A stretch of 51,601 nt of DNA from Candidatus Nanohaloarchaea archaeon (GTDB taxonomy: Archaea > Nanohalarchaeota > Nanosalinia > Nanosalinales > Nanosalinaceae), in the NCBI GenBank assembly GCA_042218075.1, contig JBDGRK010000027.1:1-51601 (forward strand), read 5' to 3'. The position numbers and the translations under genes were made by a program. The notes below the pieces were generated by a model, which saw only the letters and a list, made by a program, of their open reading frames with translations, did no database searches and had not been told where the DNA came from. Below are positions 1 to 9,182 of the stretch, piece after piece (positions within the stretch are counted from its first letter, which is position 1; the number at the start of each line of letters is the position of its first letter).

Positions 1-201
1 CAGATCAAGCACAAGAGAGGGAAGAGGGAGAAGTTCGAGAAGAATAATGCTCCCAAGGAAAGAGACTACGGAAAATCCAAGAAAGAATGCAGGAGATGTG
101 GAAGAACCGGCAGGGGAGTGATCAGCAAGTATGGTCTTGACTACTGCCGCCAGTGCTTCCGCGAAATCGCAGAGGAAATTGGCTTCGAACAGCTGAAGTA
201 G
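1..201 (+). CDS. rps14p: 30S ribosomal protein uS14, 5'-truncated by the window edge (not in the ORF track)
   Basis: Frame 1 reads [66 protein letters not shown]; zinc-finger CxxC...CRQCFRE motif; directly upstream of uS8. Confidence 0.95.
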   Translation, partial: QIKHKRGKREKFEKNNAPKERDYGKSKKECRRCGRTGRGVISKYGLDYCRQCFREIAEEIGFEQLK

Positions 202-211
202 GTGAAAAATC

Positions 212-601
212 ATGCAACACGATACTCTGAGCGACGCGCTTTCCGCGATAAATAACGCGGCGAGGCAGGGCCAGACCCATGCAACGGTGAGTCCTGCCAG
301 CAACCTGATCAAGAACGTGCTGCTGAAGCTCCAGGAGGAGGGATACATAGGAGTATTCGAGCTGATTGAGGATGGCAGAGGAGGAAAGTTCAAGGTTGAA
401 GTTGAGCCAGCTGTAAACAAGTGCGAGCCCATCAAGCCAAACTTCTACGTCGGAAACGACGAGTACACCAAATGGGCGAAGAGATACCTGCCCGCGAGAG
501 ACTTCGGAAAAATCATAGTTACAACACCTGAAGGAGTTTTAACTCACGACGAGGCTGTCGAAGAGAACGTGGGCGGCAAACTCCTTGGATACGTTTACTG
601 A
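212..601 (+). CDS. rps8p: 30S ribosomal protein uS8
   Basis: DTLSDALSAINNA N-terminus, LPARDFG...TTPEGVLTH...GGKLLGYVY C-terminus; AGGTGA SD upstream; operon position. Confidence 0.97.
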   Translation: MQHDTLSDALSAINNAARQGQTHATVSPASNLIKNVLLKLQEEGYIGVFELIEDGRGGKFKVEVEPAVNKCEPIKPNFYVGNDEYTKWAKRYLPARDFGKIIVTTPEGVLTHDEAVEENVGGKLLGYVY

Positions 602-613
602 GGTGCTTCAACA

Positions 614-1141
614 ATGCCAAGCGAGAAAGTTGAGCTCCCCGAAGACTTTGAAGCAGAGTACGAGGAAGGAGTACTGACTGTGGAAGGAAATGGAGAGCAA
701 GTCTCGAAGAAGATGCAGCATGCTCTGATCGAGGTAGATACGAACGGAGGGGTTGAGTTCTCAACGGATGAGAACAGGAGAGATATAGTTAGTCTTCTGA
801 GCACCTACAGGGGTCATACGGAGAACATGATTGAAGGACTTCAGGAAGAACACGTCTACACCATGAAGGGAGTCTACGCCCACTTCCCGATGGATATCAA
901 GACCCAGGACAACAAGCTATTGATCGAGAACTTCATGGGCGAGCAGAAGCCCCGGGAGGTAGAAATAGAGGAAGGAGTTACAGTGGAAGTTGACGGTGAA
1001 GACCTTGAAATCAGGGGTCCTGATAGAGAGTCTGTAGGTCTTACCGCAGGAAGAATTGAACAGGCATGTAAGAAGGGAGACAGGGATCCTAGAACCTTCC
1101 AGGACGGTATCTACATCACAAGCAAGGGAGGTGCAGAGTGA
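614..1141 (+). CDS. rpl6p: 50S ribosomal protein uL6
   Basis: YAHFPM, NFMGE and DPRTFQDGIYI motifs of archaeal L6. Confidence 0.97.
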   Translation: MPSEKVELPEDFEAEYEEGVLTVEGNGEQVSKKMQHALIEVDTNGGVEFSTDENRRDIVSLLSTYRGHTENMIEGLQEEHVYTMKGVYAHFPMDIKTQDNKLLIENFMGEQKPREVEIEEGVTVEVDGEDLEIRGPDRESVGLTAGRIEQACKKGDRDPRTFQDGIYITSKGGAE

Positions 1142-1476
1142 TGTCAGACGATTTCAAGAGGCAGAACCACCACAAGAAGAAGCAGACCCCAGATTCGTGG
1201 AGGAGAGCCAAGGGAACACACTCGAGGGTCAGGCTTGAGAAAAAGAGTGCGCCAGCCAAGCCAAAGATAGGCTACAGGACTTCTGCGGAGAAAAGAGGAA
1301 AGCATCCCTCCGGCTACGAGGAGGTTCTAGTGCACAACACGAACGATCTTGAAGAGGTAGAAGAAGGAGAGGCAGCCAGGATAGCCTCAAAGGTTGGAGA
1401 GAGAAAGAGAGAAATGATAGTCAAAAAAGCAGAGGAAGAGGACATCAAAGTGCTGAACGCGGGTGAAGAGGAATGA
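1138..1476 (+). CDS. rpl32e: 50S ribosomal protein eL32
   Basis: FKRQ...WRRAKGTHS...PKIGYR...RGKHPSGYEEVLVHN motifs; start is 1138 (GTG) or 1141 (ATG). Confidence 0.96.
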   Translation: MMSDDFKRQNHHKKKQTPDSWRRAKGTHSRVRLEKKSAPAKPKIGYRTSAEKRGKHPSGYEEVLVHNTNDLEEVEEGEAARIASKVGERKREMIVKKAEEEDIKVLNAGEEE

Positions 1477-1709
1477 CTGGAGGTCGTATACCAATGGATG
1501 ATACTGAATCAGTCAGTTTGCATGATGTGGCAGAGAAGCATGCAGAGCAGAGCTCTGGAATGGCAAGTATAGAAGAGCTTGTAGTGAGACTGGAGAAAGA
1601 AACAATTTTTGATGAATATCAAAGAGAATGCGTTGATAGGATTTTGCAACGTAATGACGAATATATTTGGTCTGGAGATCATTACACCCTTGCAGGTGAT
1701 CTATCATGA
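1473..1709 (+). CDS. Small hypothetical protein inserted in the ribosomal operon (possible winged-helix/HARE-HTH-like)
   Basis: 78 aa acidic ORF with ATGA overlaps to both eL32 and eL19; about 39% GC over 1501-1680 by hand count; fold guess comes from residue pattern only. Confidence 0.7.
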   Translation: MTGGRIPMDDTESVSLHDVAEKHAEQSSGMASIEELVVRLEKETIFDEYQRECVDRILQRNDEYIWSGDHYTLAGDLS

Positions 1710-2149
1710 CTGACCTGAAATCGCAGAAGAGGATGGCCGCGGAGGTCATGGATGTGGGAGAGAACCGTGTGAGAATCAATCCTGATGAGCAGGAGAAAGT
1801 CGAGGAAGCTATCACTCGAAACGATATTCGGAACCTGATCGAGTCAGGAGTGATCGAGAAGAAGGATATTGAAGGTACTAGCAAGGGAAGGAGCAGAGAG
1901 GTCAAGAAGCAGAAGAAGAAAGGACAGAGAAAAGGTCACGGAAAGAGGAAGGGAAGGAAGACTGCGAGAAAGGACGAGAAACAGGAGTGGATGGAGAAGA
2001 TCAGAGCTATCAGGAATAGGCTGAAGGAGATGAAGGAGGAGAGAGAGATAGACAAAGAGCGGTACTGGAACCTTTACGATAAGGCGAAAGGAGGCTTCTT
2101 CCGCGACACAAAACACCTTGAAAACCACGTGGAGAACAAGCTGGAGTGA
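1706..2149 (+). CDS. rpl19e: 50S ribosomal protein eL19
   Basis: MTDLKSQKRMAAEVMDVGENRVRI, AITRNDIRNLI, GHGKRKG...AR, LYDKAKGGFF. Confidence 0.97.
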   Translation: MTDLKSQKRMAAEVMDVGENRVRINPDEQEKVEEAITRNDIRNLIESGVIEKKDIEGTSKGRSREVKKQKKKGQRKGHGKRKGRKTARKDEKQEWMEKIRAIRNRLKEMKEEREIDKERYWNLYDKAKGGFFRDTKHLENHVENKLE

Positions 2150-2155
2150 TAAAAA

Positions 2156-2668
2156 ATGGCGGATACATCCAACTATGAGGTTCCGTTCAGGCGGAGAAGG
2201 GAGCAGAAAACTGACTACAAACTCAGGAAGAACCTGATCAAGTCTGGAAAGCCCAGGGCAGTTGTCAGGGTATCGAATAATCACACTAGAGTACATCTCG
2301 CCCACTACCAGAGAGAGGGCGACGTAAATGAAGCACAGACGTTAAGCAGGGAACTCGAGGACTTCGGATGGGAGAACCATACAGGCAACCTCCCGGCGGC
2401 CTACCTGACAGGTTACCTTGCGGGAATGAAGGCTGAGTCGGACGAGGCTGTGCTGGATATAGGATTGAGGGAGAAGAACAAGGGAGGCAGGATGTTCGCC
2501 GCGCTGAAGGGATTGATCGATGCAGGGGTAGAGATACCGGCGGGAGAAGAAGTCTTCCCGGATGAATCCCGGATCAGGGGGGAGCATATCGAGGAAATGA
2601 CGGATAAAAAGCTTCCCGAAAACTTTGAGACTGTGAAAGAAAATATCAAAGGTGAGTACAGTGGCTGA
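2156..2668 (+). CDS. rpl18p: 50S ribosomal protein uL18
   Basis: FRRRREQKTDYKLR, NLPAAYLTGYLAG, RIRGEHI. Confidence 0.97.
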   Translation: MADTSNYEVPFRRRREQKTDYKLRKNLIKSGKPRAVVRVSNNHTRVHLAHYQREGDVNEAQTLSRELEDFGWENHTGNLPAAYLTGYLAGMKAESDEAVLDIGLREKNKGGRMFAALKGLIDAGVEIPAGEEVFPDESRIRGEHIEEMTDKKLPENFETVKENIKGEYSG

Positions 2669-3320
2669 ACAGGAAGCTGAACAAGAGATATGGAAACCTA
2701 AGACCAAACTAGGCAAGATGGTCGCAAACGGACAGGTCTCGAGCATTGAGGAGGCGCTGGACTCCGACTACAAGATCATGGAGGAAGAGATAGTCGACCA
2801 GCTGACAGATCTTGACGAAGAGGTAATACTGATCGGGGGAACTCCTGGCAAGGGAGGCGGTAAGAGGAGAACTGTCTCCAAGAGAACGTGCAGGATGCAC
2901 AAGTCTGGCGGAAGATACTCGACGAAAACCATGAGCGTGCTCGGAAACAGGAGATCGGTTATCGGTCTAGATGAGGGCGAGGCAAACGATACTAGAGCTG
3001 CGATAGAGGACGCGAACAGGAAGGCAAAGCTGAACCTTATACAGGTGAGTCAGGGATGCGGTTCCTGGGAGTGCGCCTGTGGAACCGATCACACTGTGCC
3101 CTTCGAGGTCGAGGGAAGCTCCGGCAGCGTTACCGTTGAGATCAAGCCCGCTCCGAAGGGAATCGGCCTGGCATGTTCCGACGAACTGAAGAAGATGTTT
3201 GAACTCGCCGGCTACCAGGATGTCTGGGTGAACGCAAGAGGACAGACAAGGACGCGGGAAAACCTCCTGAAGGCGGCTTTCAACGCACTGAAGAAGATCA
3301 AAGAGTACAAGCGTGATTAG
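2652..3320 (+). CDS. rps5p: 30S ribosomal protein uS5
   Basis: WKPKTKLGKMV, GCGSWECACG, PAPKGIGL, GQTRTREN; GTG start. Confidence 0.97.
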   Translation: MSTVAEQEAEQEIWKPKTKLGKMVANGQVSSIEEALDSDYKIMEEEIVDQLTDLDEEVILIGGTPGKGGGKRRTVSKRTCRMHKSGGRYSTKTMSVLGNRRSVIGLDEGEANDTRAAIEDANRKAKLNLIQVSQGCGSWECACGTDHTVPFEVEGSSGSVTVEIKPAPKGIGLACSDELKKMFELAGYQDVWVNARGQTRTRENLLKAAFNALKKIKEYKRD

Positions 3321-3321
3321 A

Positions 3322-3678
3322 ATGGCGAAGAAGATTGCGGCTATCAAGGTAAGAGGTGATATCGATGCAAGGAAGAAGGCGAAGAGAACCTTGAAGGATC
3401 TCAACCTTGATAAGAAGAACCAGTGCATTGTTTTCGAGGACAGCGAGTCGGTGAGAGGTATGCTGAACGTTGTAAAGGATTATATTACGTTTGGCGAAGT
3501 TGATGAAGACACCGTTGAGAAGCTGGAGGACAGGAATGGTGAAGAACTCGAGAACGGAGAAACCGTGGAGCTTTCGCCTCCAAGCGGAGGATTCAGCGAC
3601 ACGAAAAAGCAGGTCGGCCAGGGTGGAAGCCTGGGCGAGAGAGAAAATATGGACGAACTAATAGAGAGGATGGTATGA
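3322..3678 (+). CDS. rpl30p: 50S ribosomal protein uL30
   Basis: AAIKVRG, TLKDLNL, GMLNVVKDYITFGE, LSPPSGG...GGSLG; ATG at 3322 preferred over GTG at 3313. Confidence 0.95.
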   Translation: MAKKIAAIKVRGDIDARKKAKRTLKDLNLDKKNQCIVFEDSESVRGMLNVVKDYITFGEVDEDTVEKLEDRNGEELENGETVELSPPSGGFSDTKKQVGQGGSLGERENMDELIERMV

Positions 3679-3730
3679 TAATGGAAATCGAAGATTTCAT
3701 GAATGGCAGAAAACCGGAGGTTTTCAACTA

Positions 3731-4159
3731 ATGACGAAAAGACGCTCAAAGAAGAAAAAGTCCGGATCGCATGGTCACGGAAGCTCGAAGAAGAACCGTG
3801 GAGCAGGAAGCAGGGGAGGCAGAGGTAACGCCGGAAGAGGAAAGAAGGCCAAACACGAGAAAATGACAGAGGACGGGGTCCACCAGCTTGGAGAAAAAGG
3901 AGAAGGATTCACAGGTGGAGAAGACCAGAAAGGCATCAACCTGAGGGATATTGACCAGAAGATAGAAACTTTTGTTGAGGAAGGAGTGGCGGAAGAGACG
4001 GAGGAGGGATACGTTTTCTACGCCGGCAGGGCTGGTTACGACAAGGTTCTTGGAGGCGGAAAATTGACTACAGAGATCGAGATACATTCTGAAAGTTTCA
4101 GCTCCTCTGCGGAGAGAAAGATTGAAAAAGCCGGAGCTGAGGCTGTGGAGAAGGAGTAA
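3731..4159 (+). CDS. rpl15p: 50S ribosomal protein uL15
   Basis: HGHGSSKKNRGAGSRGGRGNAG, GYDKVLGGG, SSSAERKIEKAG. Confidence 0.96.
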   Translation: MTKRRSKKKKSGSHGHGSSKKNRGAGSRGGRGNAGRGKKAKHEKMTEDGVHQLGEKGEGFTGGEDQKGINLRDIDQKIETFVEEGVAEETEEGYVFYAGRAGYDKVLGGGKLTTEIEIHSESFSSSAERKIEKAGAEAVEKE

Positions 4160-4203
4160 TGGAGACCATTTTTAACATCAGGGTTTCAAGCTAAATTCAG
4201 GCC

Positions 4204-5607
4204 ATGTCCACGGTAACCAAGCTTGCCGGTTTTCTACCTAGTATAAGGGAGCCCGAGAAAGAGCAGTCGCTGAAAGAGATGCTGACATGGACTGGCATAG
4301 TTCTTATCGTGTACTTTGTACTCGGGTCTATAGACCTTTACGGGGCGAACTCGCAGGCGGTTGAACAGGCTCTGAACAGCCTCCAGACCTTCCAGACCTT
4401 GCTGGGAGCTCAGATCGGCTCGATCATAACCCTGGGTATCGGGCCTATCGTAACTGCCTCGATTGTGCTGCAGATGGTTGTGGGATCGGAGCTTCTTCCC
4501 TGGGATACAAATACCGATGAAGGACAGAGGAAGTTCCAGGCCGCGCAGAAGTTACTCGCGTACGCGCTGACTGTTATACAGGCCTTCGGTTACGTTCTCT
4601 CCGGTACGTTTGGAAATGTTACAGGTTCGCCGGTGCTGATGTTGATGCTGGCAGGACAGATAACGCTTGGAGGATGGATTATCATCCTGCTGGACGACCT
4701 TGTACAGAAATGGGGTTTCGGATCGGGAGTCGGGCTTTTTATCGCGGCGGGAGTTTCAAGGCAGGTTTACGTTGCTATTATCTCGCCCCTGACGACTTCG
4801 GGAAGCCTTTTCTGGATGGTTGACGGTAATCCTGTGGGAGCAGTATTCAGGTTCGCTACAACACTCGAGTACACCTCCTTAATACCTATTGTTTCGACGC
4901 TGGCGGTATTCTCGGCGGTAGTCTACATGCAGACGATGAAGGTTGAGATCCCTCTTACCTTTGGAAACGTGAGAGGTTTCGGGCAGAAATGGCCCTTGAA
5001 ATTCATCTATACCTCGAACATGCCGGTTATTCTGATCGCCGCCCTGATATCCAATATACAGATACTGGGCACAACTCTGGCGGGCCAGGGAGGTTGCAGC
5101 ATTCTTGGATGCGTTAACAACCAGGGACAGGCAACCACCGGACTTATAGGATGGCTTACAGCACCGCAGCAGTTCGTCACTGAGATACTGACCGCTGGAT
5201 TGAGCAATCTGACACTTTTCGGCACTGAAAGCGTATTCCACGTATTGTTCTATCTTTCCGTCTACACGTTTGGTTCCGTACTCTTCTCGATCTTCTGGGT
5301 GAAAACTTCGGGGCAGGATGCCGACTCGGTTGCGGAGCAGATCCAGCAGACAGGCATGAAGGTCCCTGGCTTCAGGAAGGACAAGCGTGTTATCAAGAAG
5401 GTGCTCCAGCGCTACATTCCCGGCCTTACAGTGCTTTCAGGTGCTGCTGTCGGACTTCTCGCCGGACTCGCCAACATGACACAGGCGGCCGGAGGAGGAA
5501 CTGGAATCCTGCTGACCGTGATGATTCTCTACAGGCTGTACGAGCAGCTCGCACAGAAGCATATGGAAGAACTCCACCCGGCGATGAAAGACTTCATCCA
5601 GGGCTAG
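4204..5607 (+). CDS. secY: Preprotein translocase subunit SecY
   Basis: Multi-pass membrane protein; LGIGPIVTASIVLQ, KWGFGSGVGLFIAAG, YTSNMPVIL, GTGILLTV; follows uL15. Confidence 0.98.
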   Translation: MSTVTKLAGFLPSIREPEKEQSLKEMLTWTGIVLIVYFVLGSIDLYGANSQAVEQALNSLQTFQTLLGAQIGSIITLGIGPIVTASIVLQMVVGSELLPWDTNTDEGQRKFQAAQKLLAYALTVIQAFGYVLSGTFGNVTGSPVLMLMLAGQITLGGWIIILLDDLVQKWGFGSGVGLFIAAGVSRQVYVAIISPLTTSGSLFWMVDGNPVGAVFRFATTLEYTSLIPIVSTLAVFSAVVYMQTMKVEIPLTFGNVRGFGQKWPLKFIYTSNMPVILIAALISNIQILGTTLAGQGGCSILGCVNNQGQATTGLIGWLTAPQQFVTEILTAGLSNLTLFGTESVFHVLFYLSVYTFGSVLFSIFWVKTSGQDADSVAEQIQQTGMKVPGFRKDKRVIKKVLQRYIPGLTVLSGAAVGLLAGLANMTQAAGGGTGILLTVMILYRLYEQLAQKHMEELHPAMKDFIQG

Positions 5608-6571
5608 AGTCTCTCAAGATTTCCCTGCATCTCTTTTCATAGAATTCAGCATTATTTTTCCATTCCTGGTTCCAGAAGTTCATGTTTATTACCATCGGAA
5701 AAAGCAGATACAGGTTTCTTCTTTGCCTCCATCCATCATCAAGCTCTCTGGTTTCCCTGTAGCCGTCGTAAAGATGTTCCCTGCAGCTTTTCCAGAGCCT
5801 TTCGGTCCTTAAACTCATGATTAACTGGGCCTCGGCGTAGAATAGATCAAATTCGGCGTGGCCTGAAATACAGTCATCCCAGTCAACTATACCCGCAAGA
5901 TTTTCACCCTCAACCAGAATGTTCTTCTTGTCTAACTCCCGGTGAAGCAGGCTGTAATCCGAAATTCCCTCAACCAGGTGAAGTTTATCGTCCAGAAAAC
6001 TCCTGATCTCGGGCTCCATGTGGGAGAATTTCTCATTCATGTCTCCCAGCCAGTTATCGAAGATTTCTTCCAGGAAATCTTTCCAGGAATCTCTTGCTTC
6101 CACGCAGATCCCCCCTGATTCGAGTACAAGCTGGCCAGTTCTATCGAATTCAATCTCTCTGTGGATACTTGCGATATGGTGGCCCAGCTGTCGAAGTATT
6201 GATTTCTTATTCTCTCTTGAGATGCGGTCAAAGTAGGGTCCGGTTGAATTGAAATATGGAGTTTTGCCTTCCAATTTCTCCAGGAAGTAGTAAGGGCGTC
6301 CTCGAATATCTCCGCTTCCAAGCGGCTCAGGTGCAGGTACTTCTGTTTCTTCCTTAATTTTTTCAAGAAGTCTAGGGGCTACAGTAAAACCCTTCCTGAA
6401 CCTGTCGTCGAAGTCTTCAAGATCAAAGATTTTCAGGACTACCTCTTTTCCTCCGAGCCTGACCAGCAGTGTTTGATGGGCATGTCCGCCGCTCAAAGGC
6501 GTGAATGATTCCACTTTCTTTGCCTGGAAAGAATCTCTGACCGCCGCGGAAACCTCTTCATCCAGCTTCAT
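5594..6571 (-). CDS. APH/choline-kinase-like phosphotransferase family protein (APH-1)
   Basis: Gly loop LSGGHAH, VLKI lysine, VPAPE, catalytic-loop-like LLHRELDKKNILV, GIVDWDD. Confidence 0.85.
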   Translation of the reverse strand: MKLDEEVSAAVRDSFQAKKVESFTPLSGGHAHQTLLVRLGGKEVVLKIFDLEDFDDRFRKGFTVAPRLLEKIKEETEVPAPEPLGSGDIRGRPYYFLEKLEGKTPYFNSTGPYFDRISRENKKSILRQLGHHIASIHREIEFDRTGQLVLESGGICVEARDSWKDFLEEIFDNWLGDMNEKFSHMEPEIRSFLDDKLHLVEGISDYSLLHRELDKKNILVEGENLAGIVDWDDCISGHAEFDLFYAEAQLIMSLRTERLWKSCREHLYDGYRETRELDDGWRQRRNLYLLFPMVINMNFWNQEWKNNAEFYEKRCREILRDSSPG

Positions 6572-6646
6572 ACCCTAGACAATATTCCTGAGTGATAATA
6601 AGAGATGCGGGTCCGGTTTAAAAGCATTCGATCCTGAGTTGTTGCT

Positions 6647-7384
6647 ATGGCGCTGGGAATCGAGCCAATACTTTCAACACTTTTCAGTTTTTACAACACT
6701 GTTTTCCAGCCACTGCTCGCCTTCGGACCTTACTCAGCCCTGGTATTTTTCTCGACGGCTCTCGCAGGAGTCTTCTCGATTATCTACTGGTTCCTGCTGG
6801 ATATTGAGAAGAACCAGAGGCTAAAGGACAGGATAAATGAACAGCAGGAGAAGATGAAGCAGGCTAGAAAGAATGATGAGAGCGAGAAAGCTTCTGAGCA
6901 TATGCAGGAGACGATGAAGCTGAACCAGAAGATGATGATGCTGAACTTCAAGCCGATGATAGCTACCATGGTTTTCGTCGCGTTAATATTCCCCTGGATG
7001 GGTAGTACTTTCGCGCCAAAGATTGAGCTACAGCAGACAGGAAATAACACGTACTCCGGCAACTTCACTTATGCGGGAGAGACCTCTGAAATGGTGGTTG
7101 AGAATGGTTCAGGGACTGTTCTCAGGATAGAAGGCGAGCAAGTGAGGCAGGGAGAGAAATTAAAGATACACGGTATGGACTGGAACTTCAAGAAGTTTGG
7201 AGACAATACGGGAGGATTCTTCTCATCCGGTGGAGAAGGGAAGATTGTTAAGCTCCAGGCAGTTTTCGTTCCACTACCGTTCTCAATACCGTTCGCGGGG
7301 AACGCGCTCAACTGGCTGGGATTCTACATCCTGATAGCGATGCCCCTGACCTACGTCTTCAGGAAACTTCTTGGAGTGCAGTGA
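6647..7384 (+). CDS. EMC3/TMCO1-family (DUF106) membrane insertase-like protein
   Basis: TM - Q/K/M-rich coiled coil - FKPMIATM TM - C-terminal WLGFYILIAMPLTYVFRKLLGV; conserved position near secY. Confidence 0.9.
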   Translation: MALGIEPILSTLFSFYNTVFQPLLAFGPYSALVFFSTALAGVFSIIYWFLLDIEKNQRLKDRINEQQEKMKQARKNDESEKASEHMQETMKLNQKMMMLNFKPMIATMVFVALIFPWMGSTFAPKIELQQTGNNTYSGNFTYAGETSEMVVENGSGTVLRIEGEQVRQGEKLKIHGMDWNFKKFGDNTGGFFSSGGEGKIVKLQAVFVPLPFSIPFAGNALNWLGFYILIAMPLTYVFRKLLGVQ

Positions 7385-7389
7385 GATAA

Positions 7390-8367
7390 CTAGAAATTTT
7401 CTATTCTTTCGAGGAGTCTTTGCCTCTTTTTCTCAGCAAGTTCCTGCTTCTTTTCCTCCCTCATTCCTTTTGACCATCCCTCAAATGTCCAGAGAGCCTC
7501 AACCGGCCTGAGAGCTCTGTAAAACTTTCTTCTTTCACTCCATCCCTCCTCAAGACTCACTCTTTGCATATAGGAGTCCAGAAAGTAGTCCCTATACTTT
7601 TCTCTGGCTTTCTGAGTAGTAAATTGTAGGATTGATTCCTCGGCTTTAGCAAGATCGTATTCATGATGACCGGATAAAGCCCTCTCCCAGTCAACGATTC
7701 TAGATATCTGATCGCCATCGACTAGAATATTTGGCCATCTGAAATCCTGATGGATCAGGCAAGCATCTCCCGCATTTTCCAGTATATCAATATTCGATTC
7801 AACGAACTCCTCTATTATGGGCTTGAGGTCCTGAAATTTCTCCGGTAAATTTGAAACCTGTTCTTGAATTATTATTTCCCTGAAAGTTTCCTTCCAAGAA
7901 CCTTTCTGGCGGAATTCGAGCTCTGAATTTCTACACCTGAAGTGTCCAAAGCCTTCAAAACTAGTCTGGCTATGAAGATTAGATAGCTGTTCCCCGGCAG
8001 ATTCCAGCAGAGATTTTTTTCTTGATTCAGACATATAGGCGAAATTCGGGCCTGAAGAATTCTCCCACCTGTCGACGTTCTCACCTTCAACGAACTCGCA
8101 TATCAGGTATTGAAAATCGTACTTTGACCTGGAGTTGTCGAAATCAATTATCTTGGGAGTTCTCACGTCTTTAGACTCCAAAAGTTCCAGTACCGGGGCT
8201 TCGACCTGAAATCTGGTATCGTTATCGGAAATCTTCAGCAGGTATTTTTCATTCTCTGTACGGAGTTTGAAGGTATGGTGGGCTCTTCCTATAGAGCTTT
8301 TTTCTATATCGGAGACTTTCTGCGGGAGTTTGTCTTTGAGAAGTTTTTCGAGTTTTTTCTGCTTCAC
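7390..8367 (-). CDS. APH-family phosphotransferase (APH-2)
   Basis: YLLKI, VRTPKI, LIHQDFRWPNILV, RIVDWER, YDLA; GTG start. Confidence 0.88.
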   Translation of the reverse strand: MKQKKLEKLLKDKLPQKVSDIEKSSIGRAHHTFKLRTENEKYLLKISDNDTRFQVEAPVLELLESKDVRTPKIIDFDNSRSKYDFQYLICEFVEGENVDRWENSSGPNFAYMSESRKKSLLESAGEQLSNLHSQTSFEGFGHFRCRNSELEFRQKGSWKETFREIIIQEQVSNLPEKFQDLKPIIEEFVESNIDILENAGDACLIHQDFRWPNILVDGDQISRIVDWERALSGHHEYDLAKAEESILQFTTQKAREKYRDYFLDSYMQRVSLEEGWSERRKFYRALRPVEALWTFEGWSKGMREEKKQELAEKKRQRLLERIENF

Positions 8368-8531
8368 AAACTGTCTTTCAAAACTCGCTGATATTAAATT
8401 CTGTCCTGATATAAGCCTGGTATTTAGAAGTCCTTTTATCTAGTAAAAATAGGCATCAAGAATCATCAGTTTCAAGTTAGAAAATTCTATCGAGAAGTAA
8501 TTATTTCAAGATAGGTTTCTGGAGTTAGATT

Positions 8532-9149
8532 ATGCTTGAGGATGCACTGGAATATCCTTTCAGGACAGAGGAAAAGTTCAGGAATTACGGTATAGCCCTG
8601 GTTCTGATGATTTCTTCAATAGTGATATTCCCGTTTTTCATCCTCATGGGCTATTTCGTGAAGATAGTGGCAGAATCACTTGATGGAAACGACCAGCTAC
8701 CCGAGTTCGAAGACTTCTCCGGACTTTTCGTCGACGGACTTAAGCTCGGTTCAATACTGCTACTTTACCTATTTGTTGGAATGATACCTTTGACGGCTGT
8801 ATCGAATCTTGGTTTCAAGGCAGGGATAGTTGGTCCTTTTGGAGGCTTGTTCTTTGTTCTGGTGCTTTACATGATGCCTTCCGCCGTGGCGAATTTTGCC
8901 AGAAAAAGCAGAATGCTATCAGCCTTTGATCTCAGAGAGGTCGTCAGTCAGGCTTTCACCAGACAGTACTTTATCGGAGTACTTACGATAATAGCCTCAC
9001 AGCTGATAATCGGTGTGACTGCGCTAGTGACGATGCTGGTTCTGGCGATCACTATTATAGGGATTCCGCTCCTGGTTGTTTTTTACCCTCTGGCATACTT
9101 CTACCAGTACGCGGTAATGCACAGGCTAATGGCCAGAGCGGTTGAGTGA
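8532..9149 (+). CDS. DUF4013-family membrane protein
   Basis: MLEDALEYPF start, GYFVKI...LPEFEDFSGLFVDGLK, SAFDLREV; about 4-5 TM segments. Confidence 0.85.
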   Translation: MLEDALEYPFRTEEKFRNYGIALVLMISSIVIFPFFILMGYFVKIVAESLDGNDQLPEFEDFSGLFVDGLKLGSILLLYLFVGMIPLTAVSNLGFKAGIVGPFGGLFFVLVLYMMPSAVANFARKSRMLSAFDLREVVSQAFTRQYFIGVLTIIASQLIIGVTALVTMLVLAITIIGIPLLVVFYPLAYFYQYAVMHRLMARAVE

Positions 9150-9182
9150 AGCTGTATAAAGCTGATATTCGATCTTCAACCC

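Noticed and set aside
7388-8497. TAGAAA.TTCTAT-like similarity on both sides of APH-2 as a target-site duplication
   Set aside because: Short, gapped and AT-rich; not distinguishable from chance by eye.
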